Shown here piece after piece: positions 9,875 to 21,289 of a DNA stretch of 34,970 nt. The notes under the pieces are model-generated. The model did no database searches and was not told the origin of the DNA. It worked only from the letters and a program-made list of their open reading frames with translations. Each line of letters begins with the position of its first letter. Position 1 is the stretch's first letter. Source of the stretch: a virus. Taxonomy: Duplodnaviria > Caudoviricetes. The position numbers and the translations under genes are program-made. Location of the stretch: the IMG/VR virus record IMGVR_UViG_3300027733_001072, positions 1-34,970 of that record. One strand, written 5' to 3'.

Positions 9875-12800
9875 ATGGCAGAATTTAAATTAGGTAGAAT
9901 TAAGTTTGTGTACCAAGGCAATTGGCTCGCAACAACGGCATATCTTGTCGACGATGTAGTAACAGTGAGTGGTAAAACCTACATTTGTACTAAACAACAC
10001 ACTGCAGCTGCGTCATTTGTAACAGATCTTAGTGCTACCCCATCAAAATGGAATTTGATAGCAGACGGTACAAAATGGAGAAACACATGGACTGCATCTA
10101 CATATTATAATGTAGGTGACATGACAAAATGGGGCGGAACAGTCTATGTTTGTAAAACATCACACACTTCATCTACTTTTGTATCTCCAACATTTCACGG
10201 ATTAGAGCTTAACCAAGCTAACTGGGACGAATTTGCAGCAAATCTTGAATGGTCAGGACAATGGGCAGTTAATACACGATATAAAGTTAATGATTTAATT
10301 TATTATGGCGGTGTTAGTTATGTATGTAATTACGCACACGTCTCGGCTGCACTTGAAGCATCAGGGTTAGAAGCAAATATCGGATACTGGGATACGTTCA
10401 ACTCAGGCATTTCTTTTTTAGGTGCATGGGACGGCAACTCTGTACGATACAAATTAAATGATGTTGTAAAGTTTGGCGCAGATTTATGGATCTGCATAGA
10501 ACAACACACATCTACCGGTACAACTATTGATACTTCAAAATTTAGTATCTTTGTTAACGGTTTTGAGTTTGAAGATTCGTGGAGCAATTCAACAATTTAT
10601 CAAGTAGGTGACATTGTTACTTACGGCGGGTACTCATATACTTGCGTATTAAATCATACCGGTCATGTACCTAGCACATCGCCTACATATTGGAAAACAT
10701 TTACTACTGGTTTAAACTTTGTCGGTGACTGGGATAACAGTGTTGATTATAGAATCGGTAATGTAGTAAGATTAGGTGGATACACGTATACTGCAACTGC
10801 TGATAGTACAAGTCACACTCCTCCAAACGTGTTATATTGGTCAAGATTAAATTCTGGTATACGTTGGAATTCAGTTAGCGCGTCATACACAAACGTAGCT
10901 GCAGTTAATGTAAGTAGCTCAGGTGCAGCTGCAACGTTTGATGTAGTTGCAAACAATACTGCGTATACTGTAACACTTCATACTGGTTCTGCAGGTAGCA
11001 ATTATGCAGTTAATGATATTATTAAAATTACTGGTAATTTAGTAGGCGGTATTAGCCCTGCAAATGATATAAAAATTACAGTAACTGGAGTTGCAAGTGG
11101 ATTAATTTCAACATTTACTTCGTTAGGAAACGCAGTTACTTGGGTAAGCGGTGTTACTTATTTAGAAGGTGATACTATCTATTATGGTGCTAATTCGTAC
11201 ATCTGTATTAATGCGCATATAGGTACATCGGGCAACAATCCAGCTGCAGACACAACTGCTACGTATTGGAATATATTAGCAAGTGGTGCAGATAGTGCAG
11301 TATTAACTACACAAGGCGATATTGTATTTTATGGTGCAACTGGTGCGCAACGGTTACCAATTGGTACAACAGGTCAGTTGTTACAAGTTAATAACAATAT
11401 CCCATCGTGGTCGTATTATGGTATCCTTAGCAACGTAGTGTATGTTGCTCCGCACGGTGTTGATTCTATTGGGTTAAGTCAAGGGTTAACTATTGATAAA
11501 CCATGGGCTTCGGTATTATTTGCATGTCGCCAGATTGAAGAAGGATATTTGAATACAAATGCCGGTGCGTTATTAAGAATAAACAAAGCATTTATAATGA
11601 AAGAAGTTGATAATTATGTTATTAATACATTTACGTATGCAATTTCATCAGCATCGAGTACAGGTAATGTGTTTACTACTGTTTCGACTGCATCAATGAA
11701 TGCAGGTATGCCTATTAAATTTGCAGGTACAACAGGCGGCGTTGTTGCCGGTTTTACCTATTATGTAAAAACTGTTGTAAACACAACTACATTTACTATT
11801 AGTGCATCTTACAACGGAACAGTGTTCGGAGCGTCTGAAGATAGCACTCCTACAACTGCTACATTTGTATATGCTCCAGAAAAAGCAGAACGTGATGCCG
11901 GTACAGTTATTGAATCAATTATATTTGATTTAACACACGGTGGGAACTATAAAACTACAGTTTCAACTCAAGCATTCTTTAAAACAGTTACTAGCTTTAT
12001 TACTACTAACACTCAGCGTCAAATTGCACAATTTATTGCAAGTTTAAATTACTTACAAGACGTGTTGTTACCGGCAGTTATTGGAAATACTGCACCTGCG
12101 GCTAATTATCAATCGTTAAATGGTATTGTATCTGCATTTAGAGCTAAACAACAAATTAATATTACGTATACGGCAGAAGCAAATGCGTTAACAATATCTC
12201 AAGATTTATTAGGTATTGTAATTGGTGCGTTATCTGCAGGAACTTATGCAAATATTCCGCAATTAGATAGACCGCATACTTCAATTTATGTTAAAACTGG
12301 TACATACAACGAATTTTCGCCTATTGTAATTCCGCTTGATACATCAATTCAAGGCGACGAATTGCGTAGTACGATTATCCAAGCTGCTCCAGCACGCGCA
12401 TTATTAGTAAATGATAGACCAAAAACTATTTCGGCAATCAAACGAATTCAATCAATAGTTCCAGGTATTGTAGCAAATATTCCAGTATCTAACAGTACAG
12501 GAAATGCAGAAGTTCAGAAATATATAGGAACACCTACATATTCAAGTGCTACGCAATCAATTATAACTAATACTGCTACTATTCAAACAGTATTAACAAA
12601 TGGATTAACTTCGTTACCGGGTTACGGCACAACTACTATTACGTTAACTGCGGACACAGTTACTGCTCCAAACACTGGTACATATACATTAGCAACTCCT
12701 ACTGGATATAACACGTCAACGTTAACACATACTGCGTATGCATGTACTGGAAATACTCCAGGAAACAGCGCAGGCTACGGTGACGGTGTTGCGCAAATTG

Positions 12801-15800
12801 TTCAAAATCGTGCGTTTATCCAAACAGAAATTGGTGGATTTTTAACCAACTACACAACAGGCGGATTTAGCTGGTCAGCATTAACATCTACACAAAAAGG
12901 TCAAGCAATGCGTGACGTAGGGTATGCGTTAGACGCAGTAATTTATGATATGACTTACGGCGGTAATACACAAAGTCTTAAAAATGGCGACAGCTATTAT
13001 ACGTTAGGTGTATTACAAGTTTCTGGTGCAAATTTAACTGCAACAGTTGCAGTTATGACTCGTCTTAAAGATATCATTGATAATATTATTGTTGCTAACA
13101 CTGCAGGATGGACTAAATCTAGTGGATATACTGCATCACAGGTTGTATCAGGAACTGCCGGTTCTGCATATGCCGGTGTGTTTGCACAAGCTCGCATCCA
13201 AGATATTATTGATTGGATTAACAACGGATCTGCAAATACTACAATTCAACCGTGTTCTACATGGGTTAAATCCGATGTTAGATTAGCATATCGCAATATT
13301 CAAGCAAAAAAAGCTAGTATTCAAACTTCAACTATGAACTGGATTGCAAATACATATCCAACTTTAAATATTAGTCCATCATTGACTTATCGTGATGCTG
13401 GGACTATTATTGATGCGTTGTCGTATGACATGTTATTAAGTTCGACATATTACAGTATGATTTCAGCTCGTGCATATTTCCGGTCTAACACGTCAGCGCA
13501 AGCACTTGTTGGCGGACCAGAATTAGCAGCCACTAAACACGTTATAAATTATATTAGTTATTTGATTGCAGCACAAGCATCAACTAACACTGCAACTCAA
13601 CCATCAACTGGTGATTTAGGTTCATTATTTGCAGTAACTGAAGTAGTTAACAATACTTCAATTGTTAGAAATATGTTAACTAATGGTCTTACACAAGCAC
13701 CTGCATTTTCTATGACAACGTTACCTGGATATAATACTACATGGTTAGCAGGTTATGGTGATGCAATTACACAGATTGTTAATAACTATCAGTTTATTAA
13801 TGACGAAATTGTTAGTTACTTAAACGTTACATTAACAAGTCCGACTTGGTCTTCCTACAGTACTATATTTCAAGCTGAAACTAGTCGTGATTTAAGTAAT
13901 ATTTTAGATGCACTACAATATGATTTAACTTATGGTGTTAATGATCAATCATTAATTGCAGCCCGCGCATATTACAGTTTAAATAATCCAATGATTACTT
14001 CAAACTTTTTACCAGGTGTGTTAGCTGCGTTATCTAGATTATCAATAATCATTAGTCAAATTATACAAAAATCGGCAGTATCTGCATCAGCTGGTAATAC
14101 TACTACACAATCAGTTTCGGGCACTGCAGGTTCAATTCAAGCTGCTGCGTTTGCACAAGCACGTATTGCTGATATTGTGTATTGGATTAACAACGGATTC
14201 CAAAATGAAACTGTTGCGTATGCAACTGGTACAATTTCCGGAACTACATTAACTGTTTCATCAGTTGCTAGTGGTACATTAGCAATTGGACAAGCTGTTA
14301 CTGGAGCAACATTGGCTACAACTGTAACTGGTACTACTGCTACTACAAATGTAGTAACGTTAGCATCAACAGTCGGGTTAAATGCAGGCATGGCAATTAC
14401 ATTTAGTACACCATACGGCTACGGTACACAAGCTCCATTTGGTGGACTTACTACTACTACATATATAATCAATACAATTGTAGGAAGTACAGTTACTTTA
14501 TACAATTTTGGAACTACAACTAGTCCAGTATTATTAACTGCAACTGGCAAAATGACTGCAATTGCAGGTGTTGTACCAGGTACTTATATTACTGCAGGAA
14601 GTGGCACTACTTGGACTATTAGTACAAGTCAAACTGTTACTACTGCAACTACTATTGTTGCAACGACAATTATCACACCAGCAGTATCAGGAGCGTATGC
14701 ATTAACTAGCAGTGAACGACAAACTGCATTTAACGCAATTCAATCTCGTGCTACTGAAATACAAGATGATGCACAGGCGTGGGTAGTTAAATTCTTCCAC
14801 TTTAAAAGTCCAGATTTACCGTTAACAAATCGTGATGCTGAATATATTGTTACTGCATTAAGCTATGATATATTACTTGGAAGTAACTTCTATTCAATCA
14901 TTAACGGACGTGCATACAATAGATTAATTACATCAATTATTAATTTAAAAGCAAAATTTGCAGATTCTGTTTATGGCGTAATTGAATTTATAGGGTATAA
15001 AACTAAACAAATTGCAGCAAGTGGAAGTATTGCACAAGTACAAACTACACTTGATGACATGATTGCAAACATTCAAGGCAGACCTAAGATTTCTGCAGTA
15101 TTTAATGGTTCAATTAACGGAACGTTATTAACTGTAAATTCAGTTGTTAGTGGCACTATTTCAGTAGGTATGCAATTATCAGGTACTGGCATTGTTAGTG
15201 GCACTCAAATTATTTCAGGAAGCGGCACTGATTGGTTATTAAATTATAGCCAACACGTTAGTACATTAACTACTGCTGCTAATAAAGTTACTACTGGCAC
15301 AAATTATATTACATTAGGGTCAACTGCAGGAGTTATTCCAGGGTTATCAATTACATTTACAAATGATATCGGTAACGTACTTGCTGGTACTTATTATGTA
15401 GCAGGCGTTGTAAATACTACCCAAATTACAATTAGTCAATCATTTGGCGGATCAGTGTTCCCAGTTACTGCAACTGTATTTGGTTCATCAACTGTTACTG
15501 TTTACGGTTTATATGGCGGTCTTGGAATTACTACTACAATTACTGGTACCAATGAAATTATTCCAGTAACTGCAGTTACTACTTCAACTAATGCAATTAC
15601 AATAAACACTACAACTGATGTAACAGTAAATATGCCAGTCGTCTTTAGCAGTTTACCTGCTAATATTACCACAACTGCTACTACTACAACTTCAAGCACT
15701 AATAATATTACATTATCGGCTACAGTTAATAGTTTAGGACTTGCAGTTGGTATGCCAGTTTATTTTACAGGGTTAACATTCGGTACAGTAGTTCCAACAC

Positions 15801-18800
15801 AAGTCTATTATGTTCATACTGCAACAGGTAGTACTATTAAACTTAGTAACACGTTAGGTGGATCAGTAGTGTCAATTACTTCCGGTTCAGGAACTATGAC
15901 TGTAACATTTAATGCTGCAGGTGGATTAGTAAACGGCAACCAATATTGGGTTAATTCTATTATTGATAGCACACATATTACAGTTACTAATTCATTTAAC
16001 AGTGGCACTAATTTTGCAATTACTAACACTGTGAATAGTTTAACTGCAGGTGCAACTATCGGTGTTGAAACATTACACGGATTAAACACAAAAGCTGTAA
16101 ACGGTTCACTAACTTATAATAATACACTTTCTACTATTCAAGGTGTTGAATTGTTACGTGTAAATATTCCATTTATTGCAAACGAGGCTGCTGCATATGT
16201 TGCAACAGTATTCGGAGGTACAGTAACTAATACAACTGAAACTACTAACGTAATTACTACAACTGTTGCTCACCAATTATCAGTAGGTGATCCAGTTATG
16301 TTTAAAGGTACTACATTTGGTGGAATTTCTGCAAATGTTACCTACTTTGTATTAACTGTTCCAAGTGCATCGACATTTACTATCTCTGCAATTCAAGCAG
16401 GAACCGGTACACAAACACCAGTACTGTTAACAACTGTATCAGGTACTTGCACTGTAAGTTATTCGTATTTGTTTGATAGAGCAGTTCGCGATGCAACATT
16501 ATATGTTAACGCATTAATACATGATTTAACATGGACTGGCAATTATAAAACAATGCGATATGCGCAGGTTTATATGTCAGCACAAAGCGGTGCAACTAGC
16601 ACTGACATGTTCCATGTAAGAAACGGCACAGGCATGCGTAACATGACGTTAAACGGGTTAAGTGGTAGTTTAGGATTACCAAACGCATACGGTACACGTC
16701 GTCCAACTGCAGGTGCATATGTGAGTTTAGATCCAGGATTTGGACCAACCGATCAAAATACATGGGCAAACGTGCGAAGCTGTTATGTTCAAAACGTTAC
16801 TAACTTTGGTAGCGGTTGTGTTGGTTTAAAAATCGACGGCGCAATTCATGGCGGTGGTAACCGTTCTATTCTTGCTAACGACTTTACACAAGTATTAAGT
16901 GATGGTATTGGTGTATGGTGTACAGGTTCTAACGCATTAACAGAATGTGTATCAGTATTCTCATATTACGGGTATGCTGGGTACTTGGCAGAGTTAGGCG
17001 GACGTATGCGTGCTACTAACGGTAACAGTTCATATGGTACATATGGGGTTATTGCAGAGGGTATTGATTCATACGAAGCACCTGGGTATTCGACATTAAA
17101 TAATCAGTCAAATGATGCATGGATTTCTAACGTAGTAACTGATAGTTATAATCAAATTTTACGTCTTGAATATGCAAACGCAGGTAGTGCATATACTAAC
17201 GCAACTCCATTAATCAACGGGTCTGGGTATAACGCTATTGCAATTGGCGACGAATTACGCGATTCTGCAGTATTTGAATCTCGCTTAGTTGACTTAGCTG
17301 ACGGTGTAGGAGCAGGCGGCAGCGCATACATTACTAATTCTAACACTGGGCAAGCAGGTGCAGTTGGACAAATAACTATTGCAAACACTGATACTGCATT
17401 AAGCACTGCATACACAAATATGCGTATTCAACTGTTAGGTGGTACAGGTGTTGGCCAATATGCTAACATACTCAAGTATAATAATGGTACAAAAGTTGCA
17501 TTAATTTACAAACCATCGTTTGTTCCATTAACTATTACGCAAAGTTCAACAACGGTATTTACTGTAGCAAGTACTGGTACCTTGTACACAAACATGCCAA
17601 TATACGTTAGTACTAATGTATCTGGATTAGTGCCAACTACATTATATTATGTTAGCGCAACTAACTTTACTGCAACTCAATTTTCAGTATCAACTGCAAG
17701 CGGTGGTGGAGTAGCAACATTAACTGCAGTTAGTGCAACTCCGGCAGTAATGGCTAACTCATCAATCTTAGGTACAACATTAACTGTTGGAACTGTAAGT
17801 TCAGGAACAGTTGCTGTTGGACACTTAGTAACAGGAACTGGTGTTGTTAGTAACACATATATTACTGCTAACATTAGCGGTACCGGTACCGGTTCAACTT
17901 GGACAGTTAGTGCAAGTCAAGCAGTTTCGACTACTACGCTTACTGGTACAATTAGTGTTCCAGTATATGCCGCGGGGTGGAATCATGTTATTCCAGGCTA
18001 TACAATTAATAACGTACCTGATTTAACATCGGCTTATATTATTGAGCCACAAATTACTTATTCCATACCTGGATTTACTGCTACTGCAAGTGTATTATCA
18101 ACTACTGCAACATGGGGCGGCATTGGATACGGCGCAGGTCATTTTGTTGCAGTTGCATCAGGATCAGCAAATACATCTGCATGTATTGATGGAAAAACAT
18201 GGGCACCTGGCGGTGCATTACCATCCGGCGCAACGTGGGCAAACGTAGTTTACGGTGGAGGTGCCGGAGCAACTGCAAACGTAGTAATTGGCGGATTAGG
18301 TGGCGGTGGCGCAGTACTAACTGCAACTATCGGTACTGGTACTAGTGCTGGACAGGTTGTTAATGTAACTATTGTAACTGGCGGGTACAACTATCTAACT
18401 CCTCCAACAATTGCATTTATACCAGTTTCAGGCGGTGTCGGTGCAACTGCTACTTGTACTGTGTTAAATGGAACAATTACGTCCGTAACATTAGAAATTC
18501 AAGGTGGTGGATATTATGCCGGTGCAACTGTTGCAGTTTATACAAACCAAATATCATCAGTTAATGCGTTAACTTGGGGTTCAAATTATTTTGCAAATCC
18601 GACAATTACTATAGACCCTCCTGTTACTGCAACTCCGTGGACAAGCGGAGCGGCTGCATTATCGGGCACTTATTATTCGTATGCTGATATTTCAAGTATT
18701 ACACACTATTATTTGGCAACTAGCAACGGAACATTTTCAATCGGTAGTTTAACTGGGCCTGCATTTACTTCAGGTACAGGAACAAATGGAACTGTAAATT

Positions 18801-20941
18801 TAACGTTTGTTGCAACTTTAGCATCAGTTACTGCAACATTAACTAATAATGGTGTTAGTGGATTTAATATTGTATCACCTGGATTTGGCTATAAATTTAC
18901 ACCAACTATTACTGTTGTTGATGCTCAGTCAGCATTTGTTGCAATTTCTAGTAGCAGCACTGCAAGTGCATATAATTTACCAACTACGCTATCAAGTGCA
19001 TGGACTTCTACTGCATCAGTATTACCGGCTAGCAACTTAAGAGGATTAGCGTACGGTAATAACTTGTTTGTTGCGGTCGGCGGCACTACTACAACACCAT
19101 CTGCAGCATCGTTAACTGGTAATCCAAGTGTTACACCGTGGATTGATAGATCAAGTAGCATTACCGGATCAGTTACTTATGCAGCAGTTGCATACGGAAA
19201 CGGTAAATTTGTTGCAGTGCCTGCATCAGGTAACACTACTACAACTACATCTAATGCAGTGTCGTGGGCACCAGGTGGCAACTTACCAGTATCGACTACA
19301 TGGGCAAGCATTGCATACGGTAACGGAAGATTTGTTGCATTAGCTGCAAACGGTACAATTGCGTATAGTTATAATGTCGGTACTTTATGGACCCAATCAT
19401 TATCTGCTGGCCTACCAAGCACAGTAACATGGACTAAAGTTGCATATGGACAAGGATTATTTTTTGCAATTGCAGCAGGTACTGCTATATGTGCTACTAG
19501 CTGGGACGGTGTTAATTGGTCAATTAACGCAATGTCAGTATCTAGTAACTGGACTGCAATTGCTTTTGGAAATCCAATTAATGAAACATTAGGTGCAAAT
19601 CCAATATGGTCAGCAGTTTCAAGTACTAGCGGTACAATTGGCGCAAGTATTAAAACTGGTGCAACTCCATTAGGACGTGTAAAAATTAATGATAACACTG
19701 TAAATGAAATTAGAATGATTGAGCCTGGTAGTGGATTCCCGCGTGGTAATGTTATTTCAACTACAGTTACTACTAATGTTATCACTTGCGATACAACAGA
19801 TAACTTAGTAGCAAATCAACCAATTATTTTTAACGGTACAAGTGCAGGTGGAATTACTACTGATAAATATTATTATGTAGTTTCTGGTAGTATTACATCT
19901 ACTCAATTTTCAGTATCGTTAACTGCAGGTAGTGCAGCGATATTACTTTCAACTGCAGCAATAACCGGAATGACATATTTTGCAAGTCCAATTGTTACTG
20001 TAATTGATCCAAATCATGTTAATACTGTTCCAGTTGCAGCACGTATTGGTAATGGTGCATTAGGAAATCCGAGCTTTAGTAATAGAGGTACTTCAAACTC
20101 AACTGCTACTGCAAGTGCATCGGGTGACGGTTATGCTGACTTGTATCAACCGGGAACATATATTAACGTATCGTCGTTATATCAAATGCCAACTCCAGGA
20201 TCAAATGTTGTGTTTAGTACAATCACTGGTAATAACAGATGGTATAAATTAGTATCAGTTTCTAATATTTTAGGAATACCGGGTAATTATACAGCAACGT
20301 TCCAAATTAGTCCTGAATTGTCAACGTTGGAATCACCAAAACACGGCACATTAGTAACTACTAATTTAGAATATAGTCAAGTGCGATTAACTGGACACGA
20401 CTTTTTATACATCGGTACTGGTAATCAAACATCAACTAATTATCCAAATGTTGACCCAACTAAAGCTACACAAACTAATCAAGAATTATCAACCGGTGGT
20501 GGACGTGTGTTCTTTACAAGTACTGACCAAGATGGTAACTTTAACGTAGGTAACTTATTTGGTGTTCAACAATCAACTGGTACTGCAACATTAAACGCTG
20601 ATGCATTTAACTTGTCAGGGTTACAAAGTTTAACATTAGGATCAGTTGTATTAGGTATTGGCAGTGCAACTATTACTCAGTTTAGTACAGATCCGTATTT
20701 CACTGCAAACAGTGATAACATAGTACCAACACAAAAAGCAATTAAAGCGTTTATTACATCACAAATTGGTGGTGGTTCTAGTTCGTTAAACGTAAATACA
20801 ATAACAGCTGGCCAGATATATATTTCAGGTAATACAATTACAAATATTAATGGTACTGCAATAAACGTGACTTCAAAAATGAATTTCACGGGGGGAATTG
20901 ACGGAGCTCCAGTAGCTCTTATGTTCTTTAATCAACGATAA
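9875..20941 (+). CDS. Giant virion structural / fibre-like protein B (3688 aa), paralog of protein A
   Basis: Same MAEFKL N-terminus, repeats, beta-helix, propeller and C-terminal motifs as 1817..9832. Six RD..YD..G(G)N helical repeats; very Thr/Ser/Gly-rich. Confidence 0.85.
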   Translation: MAEFKLGRIKFVYQGNWLATTAYLVDDVVTVSGKTYICTKQHTAAASFVTDLSATPSKWNLIADGTKWRNTWTASTYYNVGDMTKWGGTVYVCKTSHTSSTFVSPTFHGLELNQANWDEFAANLEWSGQWAVNTRYKVNDLIYYGGVSYVCNYAHVSAALEASGLEANIGYWDTFNSGISFLGAWDGNSVRYKLNDVVKFGADLWICIEQHTSTGTTIDTSKFSIFVNGFEFEDSWSNSTIYQVGDIVTYGGYSYTCVLNHTGHVPSTSPTYWKTFTTGLNFVGDWDNSVDYRIGNVVRLGGYTYTATADSTSHTPPNVLYWSRLNSGIRWNSVSASYTNVAAVNVSSSGAAATFDVVANNTAYTVTLHTGSAGSNYAVNDIIKITGNLVGGISPANDIKITVTGVASGLISTFTSLGNAVTWVSGVTYLEGDTIYYGANSYICINAHIGTSGNNPAADTTATYWNILASGADSAVLTTQGDIVFYGATGAQRLPIGTTGQLLQVNNNIPSWSYYGILSNVVYVAPHGVDSIGLSQGLTIDKPWASVLFACRQIEEGYLNTNAGALLRINKAFIMKEVDNYVINTFTYAISSASSTGNVFTTVSTASMNAGMPIKFAGTTGGVVAGFTYYVKTVVNTTTFTISASYNGTVFGASEDSTPTTATFVYAPEKAERDAGTVIESIIFDLTHGGNYKTTVSTQAFFKTVTSFITTNTQRQIAQFIASLNYLQDVLLPAVIGNTAPAANYQSLNGIVSAFRAKQQINITYTAEANALTISQDLLGIVIGALSAGTYANIPQLDRPHTSIYVKTGTYNEFSPIVIPLDTSIQGDELRSTIIQAAPARALLVNDRPKTISAIKRIQSIVPGIVANIPVSNSTGNAEVQKYIGTPTYSSATQSIITNTATIQTVLTNGLTSLPGYGTTTITLTADTVTAPNTGTYTLATPTGYNTSTLTHTAYACTGNTPGNSAGYGDGVAQIVQNRAFIQTEIGGFLTNYTTGGFSWSALTSTQKGQAMRDVGYALDAVIYDMTYGGNTQSLKNGDSYYTLGVLQVSGANLTATVAVMTRLKDIIDNIIVANTAGWTKSSGYTASQVVSGTAGSAYAGVFAQARIQDIIDWINNGSANTTIQPCSTWVKSDVRLAYRNIQAKKASIQTSTMNWIANTYPTLNISPSLTYRDAGTIIDALSYDMLLSSTYYSMISARAYFRSNTSAQALVGGPELAATKHVINYISYLIAAQASTNTATQPSTGDLGSLFAVTEVVNNTSIVRNMLTNGLTQAPAFSMTTLPGYNTTWLAGYGDAITQIVNNYQFINDEIVSYLNVTLTSPTWSSYSTIFQAETSRDLSNILDALQYDLTYGVNDQSLIAARAYYSLNNPMITSNFLPGVLAALSRLSIIISQIIQKSAVSASAGNTTTQSVSGTAGSIQAAAFAQARIADIVYWINNGFQNETVAYATGTISGTTLTVSSVASGTLAIGQAVTGATLATTVTGTTATTNVVTLASTVGLNAGMAITFSTPYGYGTQAPFGGLTTTTYIINTIVGSTVTLYNFGTTTSPVLLTATGKMTAIAGVVPGTYITAGSGTTWTISTSQTVTTATTIVATTIITPAVSGAYALTSSERQTAFNAIQSRATEIQDDAQAWVVKFFHFKSPDLPLTNRDAEYIVTALSYDILLGSNFYSIINGRAYNRLITSIINLKAKFADSVYGVIEFIGYKTKQIAASGSIAQVQTTLDDMIANIQGRPKISAVFNGSINGTLLTVNSVVSGTISVGMQLSGTGIVSGTQIISGSGTDWLLNYSQHVSTLTTAANKVTTGTNYITLGSTAGVIPGLSITFTNDIGNVLAGTYYVAGVVNTTQITISQSFGGSVFPVTATVFGSSTVTVYGLYGGLGITTTITGTNEIIPVTAVTTSTNAITINTTTDVTVNMPVVFSSLPANITTTATTTTSSTNNITLSATVNSLGLAVGMPVYFTGLTFGTVVPTQVYYVHTATGSTIKLSNTLGGSVVSITSGSGTMTVTFNAAGGLVNGNQYWVNSIIDSTHITVTNSFNSGTNFAITNTVNSLTAGATIGVETLHGLNTKAVNGSLTYNNTLSTIQGVELLRVNIPFIANEAAAYVATVFGGTVTNTTETTNVITTTVAHQLSVGDPVMFKGTTFGGISANVTYFVLTVPSASTFTISAIQAGTGTQTPVLLTTVSGTCTVSYSYLFDRAVRDATLYVNALIHDLTWTGNYKTMRYAQVYMSAQSGATSTDMFHVRNGTGMRNMTLNGLSGSLGLPNAYGTRRPTAGAYVSLDPGFGPTDQNTWANVRSCYVQNVTNFGSGCVGLKIDGAIHGGGNRSILANDFTQVLSDGIGVWCTGSNALTECVSVFSYYGYAGYLAELGGRMRATNGNSSYGTYGVIAEGIDSYEAPGYSTLNNQSNDAWISNVVTDSYNQILRLEYANAGSAYTNATPLINGSGYNAIAIGDELRDSAVFESRLVDLADGVGAGGSAYITNSNTGQAGAVGQITIANTDTALSTAYTNMRIQLLGGTGVGQYANILKYNNGTKVALIYKPSFVPLTITQSSTTVFTVASTGTLYTNMPIYVSTNVSGLVPTTLYYVSATNFTATQFSVSTASGGGVATLTAVSATPAVMANSSILGTTLTVGTVSSGTVAVGHLVTGTGVVSNTYITANISGTGTGSTWTVSASQAVSTTTLTGTISVPVYAAGWNHVIPGYTINNVPDLTSAYIIEPQITYSIPGFTATASVLSTTATWGGIGYGAGHFVAVASGSANTSACIDGKTWAPGGALPSGATWANVVYGGGAGATANVVIGGLGGGGAVLTATIGTGTSAGQVVNVTIVTGGYNYLTPPTIAFIPVSGGVGATATCTVLNGTITSVTLEIQGGGYYAGATVAVYTNQISSVNALTWGSNYFANPTITIDPPVTATPWTSGAAALSGTYYSYADISSITHYYLATSNGTFSIGSLTGPAFTSGTGTNGTVNLTFVATLASVTATLTNNGVSGFNIVSPGFGYKFTPTITVVDAQSAFVAISSSSTASAYNLPTTLSSAWTSTASVLPASNLRGLAYGNNLFVAVGGTTTTPSAASLTGNPSVTPWIDRSSSITGSVTYAAVAYGNGKFVAVPASGNTTTTTSNAVSWAPGGNLPVSTTWASIAYGNGRFVALAANGTIAYSYNVGTLWTQSLSAGLPSTVTWTKVAYGQGLFFAIAAGTAICATSWDGVNWSINAMSVSSNWTAIAFGNPINETLGANPIWSAVSSTSGTIGASIKTGATPLGRVKINDNTVNEIRMIEPGSGFPRGNVISTTVTTNVITCDTTDNLVANQPIIFNGTSAGGITTDKYYYVVSGSITSTQFSVSLTAGSAAILLSTAAITGMTYFASPIVTVIDPNHVNTVPVAARIGNGALGNPSFSNRGTSNSTATASASGDGYADLYQPGTYINVSSLYQMPTPGSNVVFSTITGNNRWYKLVSVSNILGIPGNYTATFQISPELSTLESPKHGTLVTTNLEYSQVRLTGHDFLYIGTGNQTSTNYPNVDPTKATQTNQELSTGGGRVFFTSTDQDGNFNVGNLFGVQQSTGTATLNADAFNLSGLQSLTLGSVVLGIGSATITQFSTDPYFTANSDNIVPTQKAIKAFITSQIGGGSSSLNVNTITAGQIYISGNTITNINGTAINVTSKMNFTGGIDGAPVALMFFNQR
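20501..20583 (+). repeat. 83-bp direct repeat, copy 2
   Basis: 81/83 identical to 9350-9432. Confidence 0.9.
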
Positions 20942-20944
20942 ATA
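20937..20944 (+). promoter_or_regulatory. Late-promoter-like GATAAATA
   Basis: Overlaps the stop of protein B, just upstream of a GGAG SD. Its closeness to the SD and the AT-rich background lower confidence. Confidence 0.4.
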
Positions 20945-20956
20945 TGGAGAAATAAA

Positions 20957-21277
20957 ATGGCAACAGGAAGATTGGGCACATTCCAATTAGCAACGACAAC
21001 ACTTACAACTGTATATACCGTTCCAACCGGTACATACAGTGTGTTTAACGTTTCATTTACAAACACAACAGCTACTGCAGTAACAATTAGATTAGCAATT
21101 GCAGCTACATCAACACCTGCAGCAAGTGAATATATCGAATATGACACTACTATTGTAGGTAAAGGTGTATTTGAACGTACTGGATTAGTAGCTAATGCTG
21201 GGCTAGTAGTCGTTGCGTACTGCGTTGGCACAGGTGTTAACGTTAATGTATACGGCATTGAAACATCTACATCATAA
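20957..21277 (+). CDS. Small virion structural protein (MATGRLG family, copy 1)
   Basis: 106 aa, GGAG SD; clear paralog of 21929..22240 (V(T)IRLA, E.IEY, GV.ERTGLV, VYGIE). Confidence 0.8.
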   Translation: MATGRLGTFQLATTTLTTVYTVPTGTYSVFNVSFTNTTATAVTIRLAIAATSTPAASEYIEYDTTIVGKGVFERTGLVANAGLVVVAYCVGTGVNVNVYGIETSTS

Positions 21278-21289
21278 TAGGAAAAATAT

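Noticed and set aside
9350-20583. Diversity-generating retroelement TR/VR pair
   Set aside because: Only 2 mismatches, both synonymous and one not at adenine; both copies are coding; no reverse transcriptase in the window.
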